From NCBI GenBank assembly GCA_963785305.1, contig CAWAUV010000005.1, positions 256,001 to 320,000 on the forward strand: a DNA stretch of 64,000 nucleotides, in the 5' to 3' direction. The position numbers and the translations under genes were made by a program. Origin of the DNA: an uncultured Planctomycetaceae bacterium (GTDB lineage: Bacteria; Planctomycetota; Planctomycetia; Pirellulales; PALSA-1355). This document shows, one piece after another, positions 11,724-21,745 of this stretch (its first letter is position 1; every line of letters begins with the position of its first letter). Under the pieces are notes generated by a model. The model searched no databases and was not told the DNA's origin. It saw only the letters and a program-made list of their open reading frames with translations.

Positions 11724-12347
11724 TTAGTATCCAGGTTCCGTCGAAAGAAAGAGTCGAATTAGTCCAACTATCATCCAAAAACACACAGATAGATAAGTTA
11801 TGACATATAGTACGTCTGCGATGCTCAATCGGTATCCGTTATGAGTTTTGAAAGCGATTGCCAGACGCCGCCAAATCAAAGCAATCCAGACGCCGGATAC
11901 GATAAGCGAATACGACACGCAATCCGCTATGCATTCCTCACGATTAAACAAAATCCGTCGACCGGTGTTAAGGTCGAAGTTTATCGAGGCATAATGGCCG
12001 TGATAATGGCCAGAAAGTGTAATATGAAACGCCCAAACTATAATGAACCAAACGACAACAAGAACGAGCTTGTAAAAAAAACGAGATATCGAAACCGGCA
12101 CCGGCAGGAGGAGCAGCGAGATTCCAATCCCTGCATAAATTGGCCATGCGGCCAGCAGGTACCAGGGAGAATGCTTTACTCCGTTAACTACGTAGCTATT
12201 CGAATCAAATTGCCGCCATAGCTCTACCGGAATGAACGAAAGCGCAAAGACAAATGCCGATCGCACAACATCGTTGATAACGCGCTTGATCGACATTTCG
12301 TGACTCTGAATAGAACACGTTGGCGTTATCGAAGTCGACAGGAACAT
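11724..12347 (-). CDS. Putative membrane immunity protein for Rhs-CT1
   Basis: Low GC, about 5 hydrophobic helices, directly downstream of the Rhs stop; start uncertain (12347 or 12296). Confidence 0.6.
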   Translation of the reverse strand: MFLSTSITPTCSIQSHEMSIKRVINDVVRSAFVFALSFIPVELWRQFDSNSYVVNGVKHSPWYLLAAWPIYAGIGISLLLLPVPVSISRFFYKLVLVVVWFIIVWAFHITLSGHYHGHYASINFDLNTGRRILFNREECIADCVSYSLIVSGVWIALIWRRLAIAFKTHNGYRLSIADVLYVITYLSVCFWMIVGLIRLFLSTEPGY

Positions 12348-12351
12348 ACGC

Positions 12352-14357
12352 TCATGGTTTATTGCAAACGACGCTGCAGACGTCTCGGCAGACCTGCCCT
12401 CCCGCAGCAAAAGCGACTTCGCAGGATTTTGCCCATGCCTTGTTCTTTAGTTTTCCGCAGATTTTTGCGGCCTGGCCCCCTTTATTGCATGCCGACAAGC
12501 ATGCCATAATTGAACAATTTCCGTAGAGCGCGCCGCCGTCTTCCACGGAAGTAAATCCAATTCCCATCGGTGGGAGCATTGGCGGGCATGGCGGGTTGTT
12601 TTTATACGATGGGCAGCGAGGGATAAATCCCAGCAACCAGTCAAGCGCCTGACAGCTCCGATCTGAGACCTCTTGATATGTATAAACTACGAGCTGACCC
12701 ATTGGTATGGATCTTAATGCGTCACACGTGATTACCTGCCTGACGGCCGATGCGTCATTTGTGCGCTTTATATCAGTGCACTTATAGACACAGTCAGTAC
12801 TACAGTTTCCGGACGGCTTCGATGAAGCCAGTGTAGTACAAGCGAAATCAACAAAACAGCCGAGCCCGCGACCATCGATGAGCGTTATTGGGTTATTGTT
12901 CACATAACGCGATACATTTGAATCGCCCGCAGCGAACATTAACGGGTCTCTCGTGATCCAGAGACCGAGCAGCGGATTCAAATACCGGTTCCGAACCTGA
13001 TACAGCCCCGATTCGCCGTCCCAGCGGTAGCCGCAGTAGAGGGTTTCCCAGGCGTAGTCGCTTCCGCCTGAGCGAACGGTGAAATCGGGGTTCAGGAATG
13101 TCGGCAGGCCATAAACCGTGTAGCTGTAGCGTTCCTGCACCATGCCCGATGTATTGACGATCGCCGTGACGTTCCAATTCGCGTCTTGCAGGGCGTAGAG
13201 GCGTTCGGTCGAGCGGTCCCGAAGGACCAGATCGTCGATGTAGCGTTGGCCCCAGACGAATTGGCGGTCGGCGGTCGTGGCGCCGCCGACGCGTTCTTCG
13301 TGGACTTGCCAATCGTTCGAGTAGTACAAGTCGCGAAGAACGCCGGAAATCGTCTTCGTCGCGCGACGGTTGAGGCCGTCGTAGCTGTATGTTGCCACGC
13401 CAATCAGTTGAGTCAAGCGGTTCCAAGCGTCGTAGACGCCGGTGAACGCCGACGAAGGAGATGCGGGCTGCGGGATCGCGGTCATCGCGCCGGTCGGGCT
13501 GTAGGCGGGCTGCGCCACGCGGCGCCGTAGCGCTGGGTGATGCCCATGATTTCGTTCACCGGATTACTCGACCGTTGCTGGTCGAGATTGTTCGCGGCGG
13601 TCACGACATCCGTGTTGACGAAGTTGGACCAATTGCCCGTGGCGTCGAGGCCCCATTGCTGGGCGAGGGTCATGTTCGCGATCGATTGGTTGCCACTATT
13701 GAGGTTGCCGCGGCTCATGTCGGTGAGGCGCTGCAGGCCGTCGTACGAATACAACTCATCGTTGCCGGCGGCGACGGCTTGATGGCGCCTGACACGGTTG
13801 CCGGCTTGGTCGTAGCCGTATTGGATTTGATCGAGCGTGGCGCTGGGCGTCGTCCAGGGGTTGTTGATCACTCGGCCGAACTGGTCGAGGCCGAGATACG
13901 GATTCGCGCCGGAGCCGCCGGCGAGCGACCAGGTGACGTTCGGCTGAGGATACGTCAGATCGACGAATGTCGAGAGGCCCAGATAGGTGTATTCAACCAG
14001 CGTCGTGCCGTCGGAATCGACGTAGCTCGTGACGCGGCTGAGGGCGTCGTCATTGCCGCTCGCATAGTTGTACGATACGACGCGGGGCGTCGTGCCGCTG
14101 ACGGCGCCGGGGTAGGTGATCGCCGTCAGGCGCGTTCGTGTTGGCGCTGCCGTCGGCGAAGGCGTACTGCACGTTGGGAGACGTGGCGGTGTTCACGGCG
14201 GCGCCATGCTGCTGATACTGCTTGACGAGTTGCTGGAAACCATTGTAGGCGTTTTGGATCTGATTTACCACTGTCGTACCGGCGGTGTCGGCGTAACTCG
14301 TAATTTGATTCACGAGCCCGCGAATTTCGTAGTTCGTGGTGATTCGCCGCACCCGCG
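12352..14357 (-). pseudogene. Orphan Rhs module 1: YD repeats, Rhs core and Cys-rich C-terminus
   Basis: Split over ORFs 14050-14439, 13482-13871 and 12352-13518; YD repeats, RYLNPLLGLWITRDP, NPITLIDGRG; no N-terminus. Confidence 0.88.
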
Positions 14358-14444
14358 TGGCGGGGCTGCCGGCACTCGGACAGCTGAACGTCAGCAAAAA
14401 CTGCCCGCCGGGTCGAAAAACCGCCGCCAGCGAAATCAATGAGC

Positions 14445-16379
14445 ATCGCGGTAGGGATGGCCCTTTCGGGCCACCCCCCGCACAGATCCGTACGTGCGGA
14501 ACTACCGCATACGGCTCCTACCTTGGATACAAACGATCAAACCGCACTTCGGGATAAGGATGCAGGATTTTCGGGGTGGGAAGCCATCGTTTGCAAAGCT
14601 GCGAGAACTTCCGCCAGGTCATCCGGCGTCCGCGTTGGCTGCGTCGCCGCAGCATGCGGAGCCAGAGTTTCTGGAGCGCCGTGCGGAATTGTTGCAATCG
14701 CACCGAGTTGCCGGGAATCGCATGGTAATTGAGCCATCCCCGGTAAACGCTCGATAGCCATGGCCCGACTTGCGCCAAGTCCATGTGCATTTTCCCGCGC
14801 AGCGCTTCTTTCAGTTCGCGCAGTTTGCCACGAAACTTCTTGGCCGATGAGATGCGGCGAATGGTGAATTCGCCCTTCCGGGTCACGCCACTGATGTGGG
14901 TGAAGCCCAGGAAGTCGAATGTCTCCGGTGGGCCATCGCCACGCTTCGATCGTCGTTCGGCCGCATAGCGTCCGAACTCGATCAGCCGCGTCTTCTCCGG
15001 GTGCAGTTCCAAACCGAATTTGGTGAAGCGTTCCCGGAGCGCCGCCAGGCAGCGTCGCGCGTCGGACTCCTCGCGGAATCCGACTACGAAATCGTCCGCA
15101 TAGCGCACGATGATGACCTCGCCCACGGCATGGCGTTTCCGCCACGCCACCAGCCACAGGTCCAGAACATAGTGCAAGAACACGTTCGAATAGAGCGGCG
15201 AAATCACCGCTCCTTGAGGTGTTCCCATGGTGCTCGGGGACCATTCGCCATCTTCCGACACTCCGGCTCGAAGCCATTTCTTCAGCAGCCGAAGCAGTCG
15301 TCGGTCGGCGATCCGATGCTCCAGGAACTTCATCAACCATGCGTGGTCGATGTTGTCGAAGAAGCCGCGGATGTCCGCATCCAAAATCCAGTTCACTTTC
15401 CGCTTCTTGATGCCCACGTAGAGCGCGTCCAAGGCTCGGTGACAGCTTCGTCCAGGACGAAAGCCGTAACTGAAACCCAGAAAGTCCTCTTCGTAGATGC
15501 ACTCCAGGATCGTCCGTACGGCTTGCTGGACGATCTTGTCCTCCAGCGCCGCGATCCCGAGGGGCCGCGGCTTGCCGTCGAGCTTGGGAATCCAAGTTCG
15601 CTTGGACGGCCTGGCTCGATAAGCTCCCCGATGGATTCGACTGTGCAGATCGTCGATCCGCGTTTCGAAATCGGTGGCGTATTGAGCCCATGTCAGGCCA
15701 TCGACGCCGGGCGCGGCTTGCTTCTTCAGGTCGAAGAAACTCGCCACCAGCAGTTCGGGCGTGACATGGTTCAGCAGATTGTTGAACCGCATCTTCTTGT
15801 CGCGTTGTGCCGCTTCTCGCACGCCCAGCAGTCCGCGCGACCTGGGAGCCCGGCGCTGTGTCCGGTCCAGTAGCGACTGCTCGGCGTTCTCCTCGGTCAG
15901 CTCCCTTCCCTCCACGGGCTCCGCCGACAGCGGCACGCTGTCGTTGTTCGCCTGCTTCTTTGGTACTATGGAACTGTCTGACTCCCCGGGAACGTGCATG
16001 TCGGACTTGTGGCCTCGCGCCTTCTCCGACCGATCCGCTTCCGGTGAAACGGATGTTCCCGGGATCTCCCGGCTTCCGCGAGAAAAGTTTCCGGCCGTGC
16101 GGGTGGTCTCAGACTCCGTGGGGGAGACGTCGGACTCGCCATGATCGTTCGACATCACTGTTGCCTTCCCGCATGAATCGAGCGACGGGGTCAGGACAAG
16201 GTCGGCCGCCACAAAAGAATGTTTTCGGAGCTCGATACACCGCCCGGCCGTGCCTCTGTGAACGCTTCGCCCTGCCAGTTGCCCGACACGACGCATCACT
16301 CGAGGCCGAGGTGGCTGGCTAGGCCTTGCCTCGTGCGACTCTTTCATTCGCGACTCTCCTCCGGCTTCGCGCCGGCGAC
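14445..16379 (-). mobile_element. Group II intron copy 2
   Basis: Same ends and sequence as the other copies (5' end reads GTCGCC, one G missing). Confidence 0.95.
14518..15822 (-). CDS. ltrA: Intron-encoded RT/maturase, copy 2 (intact)
   Basis: Uninterrupted 434-codon ORF with YADD; keeps DDLH and GLELHPEK; exact start uncertain. Confidence 0.92.
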   Translation of the reverse strand: MREAAQRDKKMRFNNLLNHVTPELLVASFFDLKKQAAPGVDGLTWAQYATDFETRIDDLHSRIHRGAYRARPSKRTWIPKLDGKPRPLGIAALEDKIVQQAVRTILECIYEEDFLGFSYGFRPGRSCHRALDALYVGIKKRKVNWILDADIRGFFDNIDHAWLMKFLEHRIADRRLLRLLKKWLRAGVSEDGEWSPSTMGTPQGAVISPLYSNVFLHYVLDLWLVAWRKRHAVGEVIIVRYADDFVVGFREESDARRCLAALRERFTKFGLELHPEKTRLIEFGRYAAERRSKRGDGPPETFDFLGFTHISGVTRKGEFTIRRISSAKKFRGKLRELKEALRGKMHMDLAQVGPWLSSVYRGWLNYHAIPGNSVRLQQFRTALQKLWLRMLRRRSQRGRRMTWRKFSQLCKRWLPTPKILHPYPEVRFDRLYPR

Positions 16380-16468
16380 CCTGACCCCTTTGGATTGTCA
16401 GGAGCAGTCGGTGCGGCGAGCAATATGACGATGATGCTGACGCTTGGCTGACGCAATCGCACATTATT

Positions 16469-16987
16469 TCATTGTTGCCAGACAACTTCTTCATGCAGCG
16501 GCACGATCGCGGCATATTCACTACGGAAGATTGGAAGTTGCTCATTCAAAAACCAAACAAGGCCACCATAGGAGGACGCGTCCAGGCCGATCGATCCGCC
16601 GGTAGAAAAGTCAATTAGAAGCCCGCCGAGTTTCTTAGTATTGCCTTGCTCAAAGGTAGTCACTTTCGTAACCCTGGGGGGCGCGTCATCCAAATTCTTG
16701 CGATAGCAAACGTTCTCAAAAATTCGCATTAGTCCAGTGCGACAATCTGGATATTCCTTTCTGGCCCAAGCGGACCACTCGCTCAGTAACAATCGCTCAC
16801 ATGAAATATCTTCACTGCCAATAGGTTGGCGCAATACTACACAACTGTCATCGAAGCAGAAAATGACAGGGCCGCCTTCAAGCTTTGCCCATCGCTCCGT
16901 GGGATCATCGGACAATGCTTCAATTGCCATGTACACGTCGGTAATCGGTTGCTCTTTCAATGTCTCGATAAAAGTATTTATGCTCAT
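16469..16987 (-). CDS. Putative immunity protein for Rhs-CT2
   Basis: 172 aa, low GC; start overlaps the toxin stop (ATGA coupling at 16984-16987). Confidence 0.7.
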   Translation of the reverse strand: MSINTFIETLKEQPITDVYMAIEALSDDPTERWAKLEGGPVIFCFDDSCVVLRQPIGSEDISCERLLLSEWSAWARKEYPDCRTGLMRIFENVCYRKNLDDAPPRVTKVTTFEQGNTKKLGGLLIDFSTGGSIGLDASSYGGLVWFLNEQLPIFRSEYAAIVPLHEEVVWQQ

Positions 16988-18558
16988 GTTTTTGGCCTCA
17001 AACGCTGAATCATGTCGAACGTGCTACGTTGCACTGATATTAATGCGCCATCAGTGCCTCGGAGTAGAGTAAATCCGCCCCCTTCGAACACCTCAAAGAC
17101 TTGCCCTGGCCTAGCAGGGTCGAGATAGAGTCCTTTTGCCTTGAGCGTTCCATTCTGGATCTGTTGTTCCCAACCACGGAGCACAGCCGCCGTTCCTTCG
17201 GGCGTCTTAAGTTTGGTGTCAATCTTAGTTCCCGTGAGTTCTTCAAGAAACTGCTTCGCTCGTCCACCATGCGACTGCTGGTCAAAATTCTTGCTGGCTT
17301 TTAGGGTAACAGTGTTTGCCACATTACTTGGAGCATTCCCCTCCGCCGCGTTTACACCTGGGCTGGCGAGTTTATTTGGTGTCTCCGGACCGACGAGCGG
17401 ATCAAAGGCGGGGATCGTCCCTTTCGCGAAGCCCGATGCCATTATCAGCGCGTCGTCAAGGTTGCCGCGGCCTGATCGGGTGGGGTCGAGCATCAACGCC
17501 ATCGTGCCGACAACCGCGCCTTGCGATGCCAACACGTTCGCGTCGCGACGCATCCCCATCCGCGCGATCGATTTTCCATACTCCGCCGCAGCATTCCCGC
17601 CTTTAACATACACCGTATTCGGATTGTTTTCATAGGCCCGAACGAAACCGGCGCCGGCCTCATCGGGCGAAACCGCGACGATCGAGGGCTGAGTGCTCAA
17701 AAACGCCTTGTAATCCGCCGCCTTCTTCATCGCGCCTTGCAAAAACGCCGGCGCGGTCGGCGCCAAGCTAAGCACGCTCGGTGACGGATCAGTGCTGTAT
17801 CGTTCCGCGGGCGGCAGCGAATTGAACCAAGTGGTGAATTTTTCCTCGAAATCAAGCGATTGATTAATGTAGTCGGTCAGTTCCTTCGCTTGCTGCTCGC
17901 CGAATTCGCCCGGCGTGAGGATCGATAAATACTCGCGCCCGATTCGTTCCCATTCCGCGTTGAACCGCTCCTCGCGACTCGGAGCGTTCGCGTAGGGTTC
18001 CAACCCTTCGGGATCGACCTCGTTCGTCGGGCTGTTGCCGAACGCGCGGTAGGTGTTGACATCCGCTTGCGCCGGATCCGGCGTGTTCCAGGTTCCGCTC
18101 GACGGATCGTATACCCGGTTCACGGCGAAGTCGTCGCCGGTGGTGGCGTCGGTGAACAGGCCGTCGTAGCCGAAGGCGACGTCGACCGCCGCGGGATCGA
18201 GGGCCGTGTGGCTAACCGGCTGGCCGGCTGGCCGAAGGCGTTGTAGGTGATGTGGTCTTCGATCGCGCCGCTCGAATCGATCGTGTCGCGCACCGTGTTT
18301 TGGCCGTCGTCGAGCGTCCACAAGATGTTGCCGGGCGTGCTCGGGTCGGTGACTTGCTCGTCGGCCAAAAGCTGATCGACCGCGGGTCCCCACAAATAAC
18401 GATCGGTGAGATTCGCCGCGCTGGGCGCGGAGCGCTCGCGCCATCGCCGGTGGTCTGGAACTGGAACACGGCTTGGCGTCCGCCAGCGGAGCCGCTATCC
18501 GGCGGGTCGTCGAAGATAAAACGCTGTCTGCTCGCGAGTCAAACACCGGTTATCAGTT
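16984..18558 (-). pseudogene. Orphan Rhs module 2: core end, shared linker and toxin tip A
   Basis: RYLWGPAVDQLLA, YNAFG, RVYDPSSGTWNTPDP, NSPTNEVDPEG; frameshifted 5' part; begins at the junction site. Confidence 0.88.
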
Positions 18559-18590
18559 AAATCAATGACTCCTGACCCCTTTGGATTGTT
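18559..18590 (-). repeat. Junction/homing site, uninterrupted copy S3
   Basis: Plus strand AAATCAATGACTCCTGACCCCTTTGGATTGTT; joins the Rhs fragment to truncated hypD. Confidence 0.9.
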
Positions 18591-19440
18591 TCAAGGCAGC
18601 CCGCTCGAGAGCAAGGCCCGCGGGGCCGATGTGCGCATCGTGTATTCGCCGCTCGACGCGCTGCGCATCGCCAAGCAAAACCCGGAGCGTGAGGTCGTGT
18701 TCTTCGCCATCGGCTTCGAGACCACCGCGCCGAGCACCGCGATCACGTTGCTGCAAGCGCGGGCCGAGGGCGTCATGAACTTCAAGGTCTTCTCGAACCA
18801 TGTCACGATTCTGCCGGCGATTCGCGCGATTCTCGATTCGCCCGACATGCGGCTCGATGGCTTCGTGGGGCCGGGCCATGTGTCGACGGTCATCGGTTGC
18901 CGTCCCTATGAGTTCATTGCCCGCGACTATGGCTGCCCGATCGTGGTGTCGGGGTTCGAGCCGGCCGATATCCTGCAGTCGCTGGTGATGATCTTGCGGC
19001 AGCTTCGCGCGGGCCAAGCGCGGGTCGAGAATCAATATGCCCGCGTCGTTCCCTGGGATGGCAATCGCGCGGCGCTCGAGGCGCTGGCCGAAGTGTTCGA
19101 AGTCCGCCCGCATTTCGAGTGGCGCGGGCTGGGATTCATTTCGCAATCGGCGCTGCGAGTGCGACCGGCGCTCGCCGCCTGGGACGCGGAACAAACGATG
19201 CCGATCCGGGGCGTGGCGGTGGCCGATCCCAAGGCGGCCCAGTGCGGCGAAGTGCTCAAGGGCGTGCTCAAGCCACATCAATGCAAACTGTTTGGCAAGG
19301 AATGCACGCCGTCCAACCCGATCGGGGCGCTGATGGTGTCGTCCGAAGGGGCGTGCGCCGCGCATTTCAAATACGGCGCGACGCCACTCTCCCGGCCGCA
19401 CGGCCCGCCCACGCTGCTGACAGCCGAAACGACACCCTAG
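18591..19440 (+). pseudogene. hypD: Hydrogenase maturation protein HypD, 5'-truncated
   Basis: GADVRIVYSPLDAL, FAIGFETTAP, GPGHVS, CKLFGKECTP, GALMVSSEGACAA; the N-terminal ~100 aa (CG.H, GPGCPVC motifs) are absent. Confidence 0.92.
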
Positions 19441-19456
19441 AAGAGCCTTCCATCCT

Positions 19457-20515
19457 GTGACTTCACCTACGGCCATGCAACTCCACCGCGAAGCGACGCC
19501 ATTTTACGACAAGCAAATCGACATGGCCCACGGCGCCGGCGGCGAGGCGACGCGCCGCCTGGTCGAAGGGCTCTTCTTGCCGCTGTTGGCCAACCCGGCG
19601 CTCGATCCGCTGGCCGACGCCGCGGTGCTGACCGCGCCGCCGGGCCGGTTGGCGATGACGGTCGATAGCTTCGTGGTGCGGCCGTTGCAGTTTCCCGGCG
19701 GCTCGATCGGCGAGCTAGCGATTCATGGCACGGTAAACGATCTCGCGGTCTCGGGAGCCAAGCCGCTGGCGATTGCCGTGGCCTTTATCTTGGAAGCCGG
19801 GTTGCGCACCGAAGTGCTGCGCCGCGAGGTCACGCTCCTGGCTGCCGCGGCTCGGCGATGCGGGGTGGTCGTGGCGACGGGCGACACGAAAGTGGTCGAA
19901 CACGGCAAGGCCGACGGAATGTATATCTCGACCACCGGCATCGGCTCCGTGGCAAGCCAGGCCGATCTGCGGCCGGGGCGAGTCGTGCCCGGAGATCGGG
20001 TGTTGGTTTCCGGGCCGATTGGGAATCACGGCATGGCGATCATGCTCGCGCGGGCCGAGCTCGAGATCGAGTCGGACATTCGCTCCGACACGCGCTCGAT
20101 TCTGCCGCTCACCGAAGCGCTGCTCGCCGCCTGCGGAACTGAACTGAAATGGATGCGCGACGCCACGCGCGGCGGCGTCGCCACGGTGCTCAACGAACTG
20201 GCCAGCGACTCGGGCCAGCGGCTCATGATCGAGGAAGAAGCCGTGCCGGTCGACGACGATGTGCGTGGCGCCTGCGAACTGCTGGGCCTCGATCCGCTGC
20301 AGGTAGCCAACGAAGGCCAGTTTGTCGCCGTGGTGTCGGCCTCGGCGGCCGAGCGGGCGCTCGAGGCGCTGCGGAGTGTCGCGGGCGGTGAGCGGGCTTG
20401 TTGCTTGGGCGAAATCGTCGGCGGCGCGGGGCCGCGCGTGGTAGCCAGGGCCTCCTATGGCGGGATGCGCGTCGTGGATGTGCTGCTCGGCGATCCGCTG
20501 CCCCGTATTTGCTGA
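19457..20515 (+). CDS. hypE: Carbamoyl dehydratase HypE
   Basis: MAHGAGG, DSFVVRPL.FPGG.IG, GDTKVV, MRDATRGG, ANEG, C-terminal LPRIC. Confidence 0.95.
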   Translation: MTSPTAMQLHREATPFYDKQIDMAHGAGGEATRRLVEGLFLPLLANPALDPLADAAVLTAPPGRLAMTVDSFVVRPLQFPGGSIGELAIHGTVNDLAVSGAKPLAIAVAFILEAGLRTEVLRREVTLLAAAARRCGVVVATGDTKVVEHGKADGMYISTTGIGSVASQADLRPGRVVPGDRVLVSGPIGNHGMAIMLARAELEIESDIRSDTRSILPLTEALLAACGTELKWMRDATRGGVATVLNELASDSGQRLMIEEEAVPVDDDVRGACELLGLDPLQVANEGQFVAVVSASAAERALEALRSVAGGERACCLGEIVGGAGPRVVARASYGGMRVVDVLLGDPLPRIC

Positions 20516-20532
20516 CGAAAGCGGCGTGTGCC

Positions 20533-21728
20533 ATGACCGCTCGCGACCAAATCATCCGACTTCTCGCAGAGCAGTTCGCGCTGCGGAACTCGATTTCGGC
20601 CGACTATTTCCCGCGCAATTGCGAGACCTTGGCCGCGGCATGCCAGCAGATGGCCGAGCGATTTCGTCGCGGCGGACGCTTGCTCGCCGCGGGCCGCGGG
20701 CGCCATGCGACCGATGCTCAGCATGTTTCGGTCGAGTTCGTGCATCCGGTGATCGTGGGCAAGCGAGCGCTGCCGGCGCTCGACGTATCGGCCGATCCGG
20801 AGCGAATGCTCGAATCGCTCGCCCGTCCAGAAGATATCGTAATGGGCTTTGCCCCACCCGAGGGCGACGCTCGCTTTGCCGAACTTTTTGCCCGCTTGGC
20901 CCGGCGAGGCGCGTTCACCTGTTTATGGTCGAGCCATTTGGGCGACGCGCCGCTTCCGGCGCCCAGCGACGATGCGTGGGTGCATCAAGAGCTCGTCGAA
21001 GTGATGTATCACACGCTCTGGGAAAGCGTGCATGTATTTCTCGAACTTGAAGGCGCCTGCCGTCCCTGTGGCGAGGACCTTGGCGCCGCGAGCTTTCTTT
21101 ATCCTTTTCTCGGCGCGAAGACCGAAGCCGCGGACTCTGCGCGCGGGTCGACGTGGCTCGATCGATTTGCCAGAAAGCGCGCGATGATGAACGTCTTCGC
21201 TCGCGATTCGCCGCCGAGCAATCCGGCCCGTTCGCCGACGCCGCGATCGCCATGGCCCGGCGCGTCGACGCGGGCGGCGCGCTGTTGGTATTTGGCAATG
21301 GCGGCTCGGCGACCGACGCCAACGATTTCGTGCTCGATTGCGTTGCCAGTTCCGAGGGTTCGCGGCCGATTCCCGCGATTTCATTTTCGGCGGAGCCGGC
21401 CGTGTTGAGCGCCATCGGCAACGATGTGGGCGTCGAGCTGATGTTCTCGCGGCAATTGATCGCCAACAGCCGGCCGGGCGACGTGGTGGTGGCGATCTCG
21501 ACCAGCGGCGCCTCGCGCAATATCGCCGCCGCGCTCGTGGAAGCGCGCAAGCGCGGCCTGCTTACCGTGGGGCTGGCCGGCTACGAGGGTGGAGACTTTG
21601 TTCGCGAAAAGCTCGTCGACCATGCGCTCGTCGTGCATTGCGATTACATTCCGCGGATTCAAGAAGTGCAGGCCTCGATTTACCATGTGCTGCGGCGGGC
21701 GATCGATTTGGCGCGACGTGGGCCTTGA
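20533..21728 (+). CDS. Tandem SIS-domain (GmhA-like) protein (apparent frameshift near 21140)
   Basis: TDAQHVSVEFVHPVIVGKRALPA, YHTLWESVHVF; second domain FGNGGSATDA, STSGAS.NI, PRIQEVQ. Confidence 0.82.
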
Positions 21729-21745
21729 GGGCGAAAGGGGCGCGG

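Noticed and set aside
9598..16545. Long RT fusion ORFs (728 aa and 675 aa; also 31793-33553 and 39271-41901)
   Set aside because: The N-terminal extensions are read-through of intron RNA domains and flanking DNA, not protein domains.
18565..18590. The site supplies a start codon (MTPDPF) to re-express truncated genes
   Set aside because: In frame with hypD at S3 but out of frame with the Rhs at S4; no RBS seen; the HypD product would lack essential N-terminal motifs.
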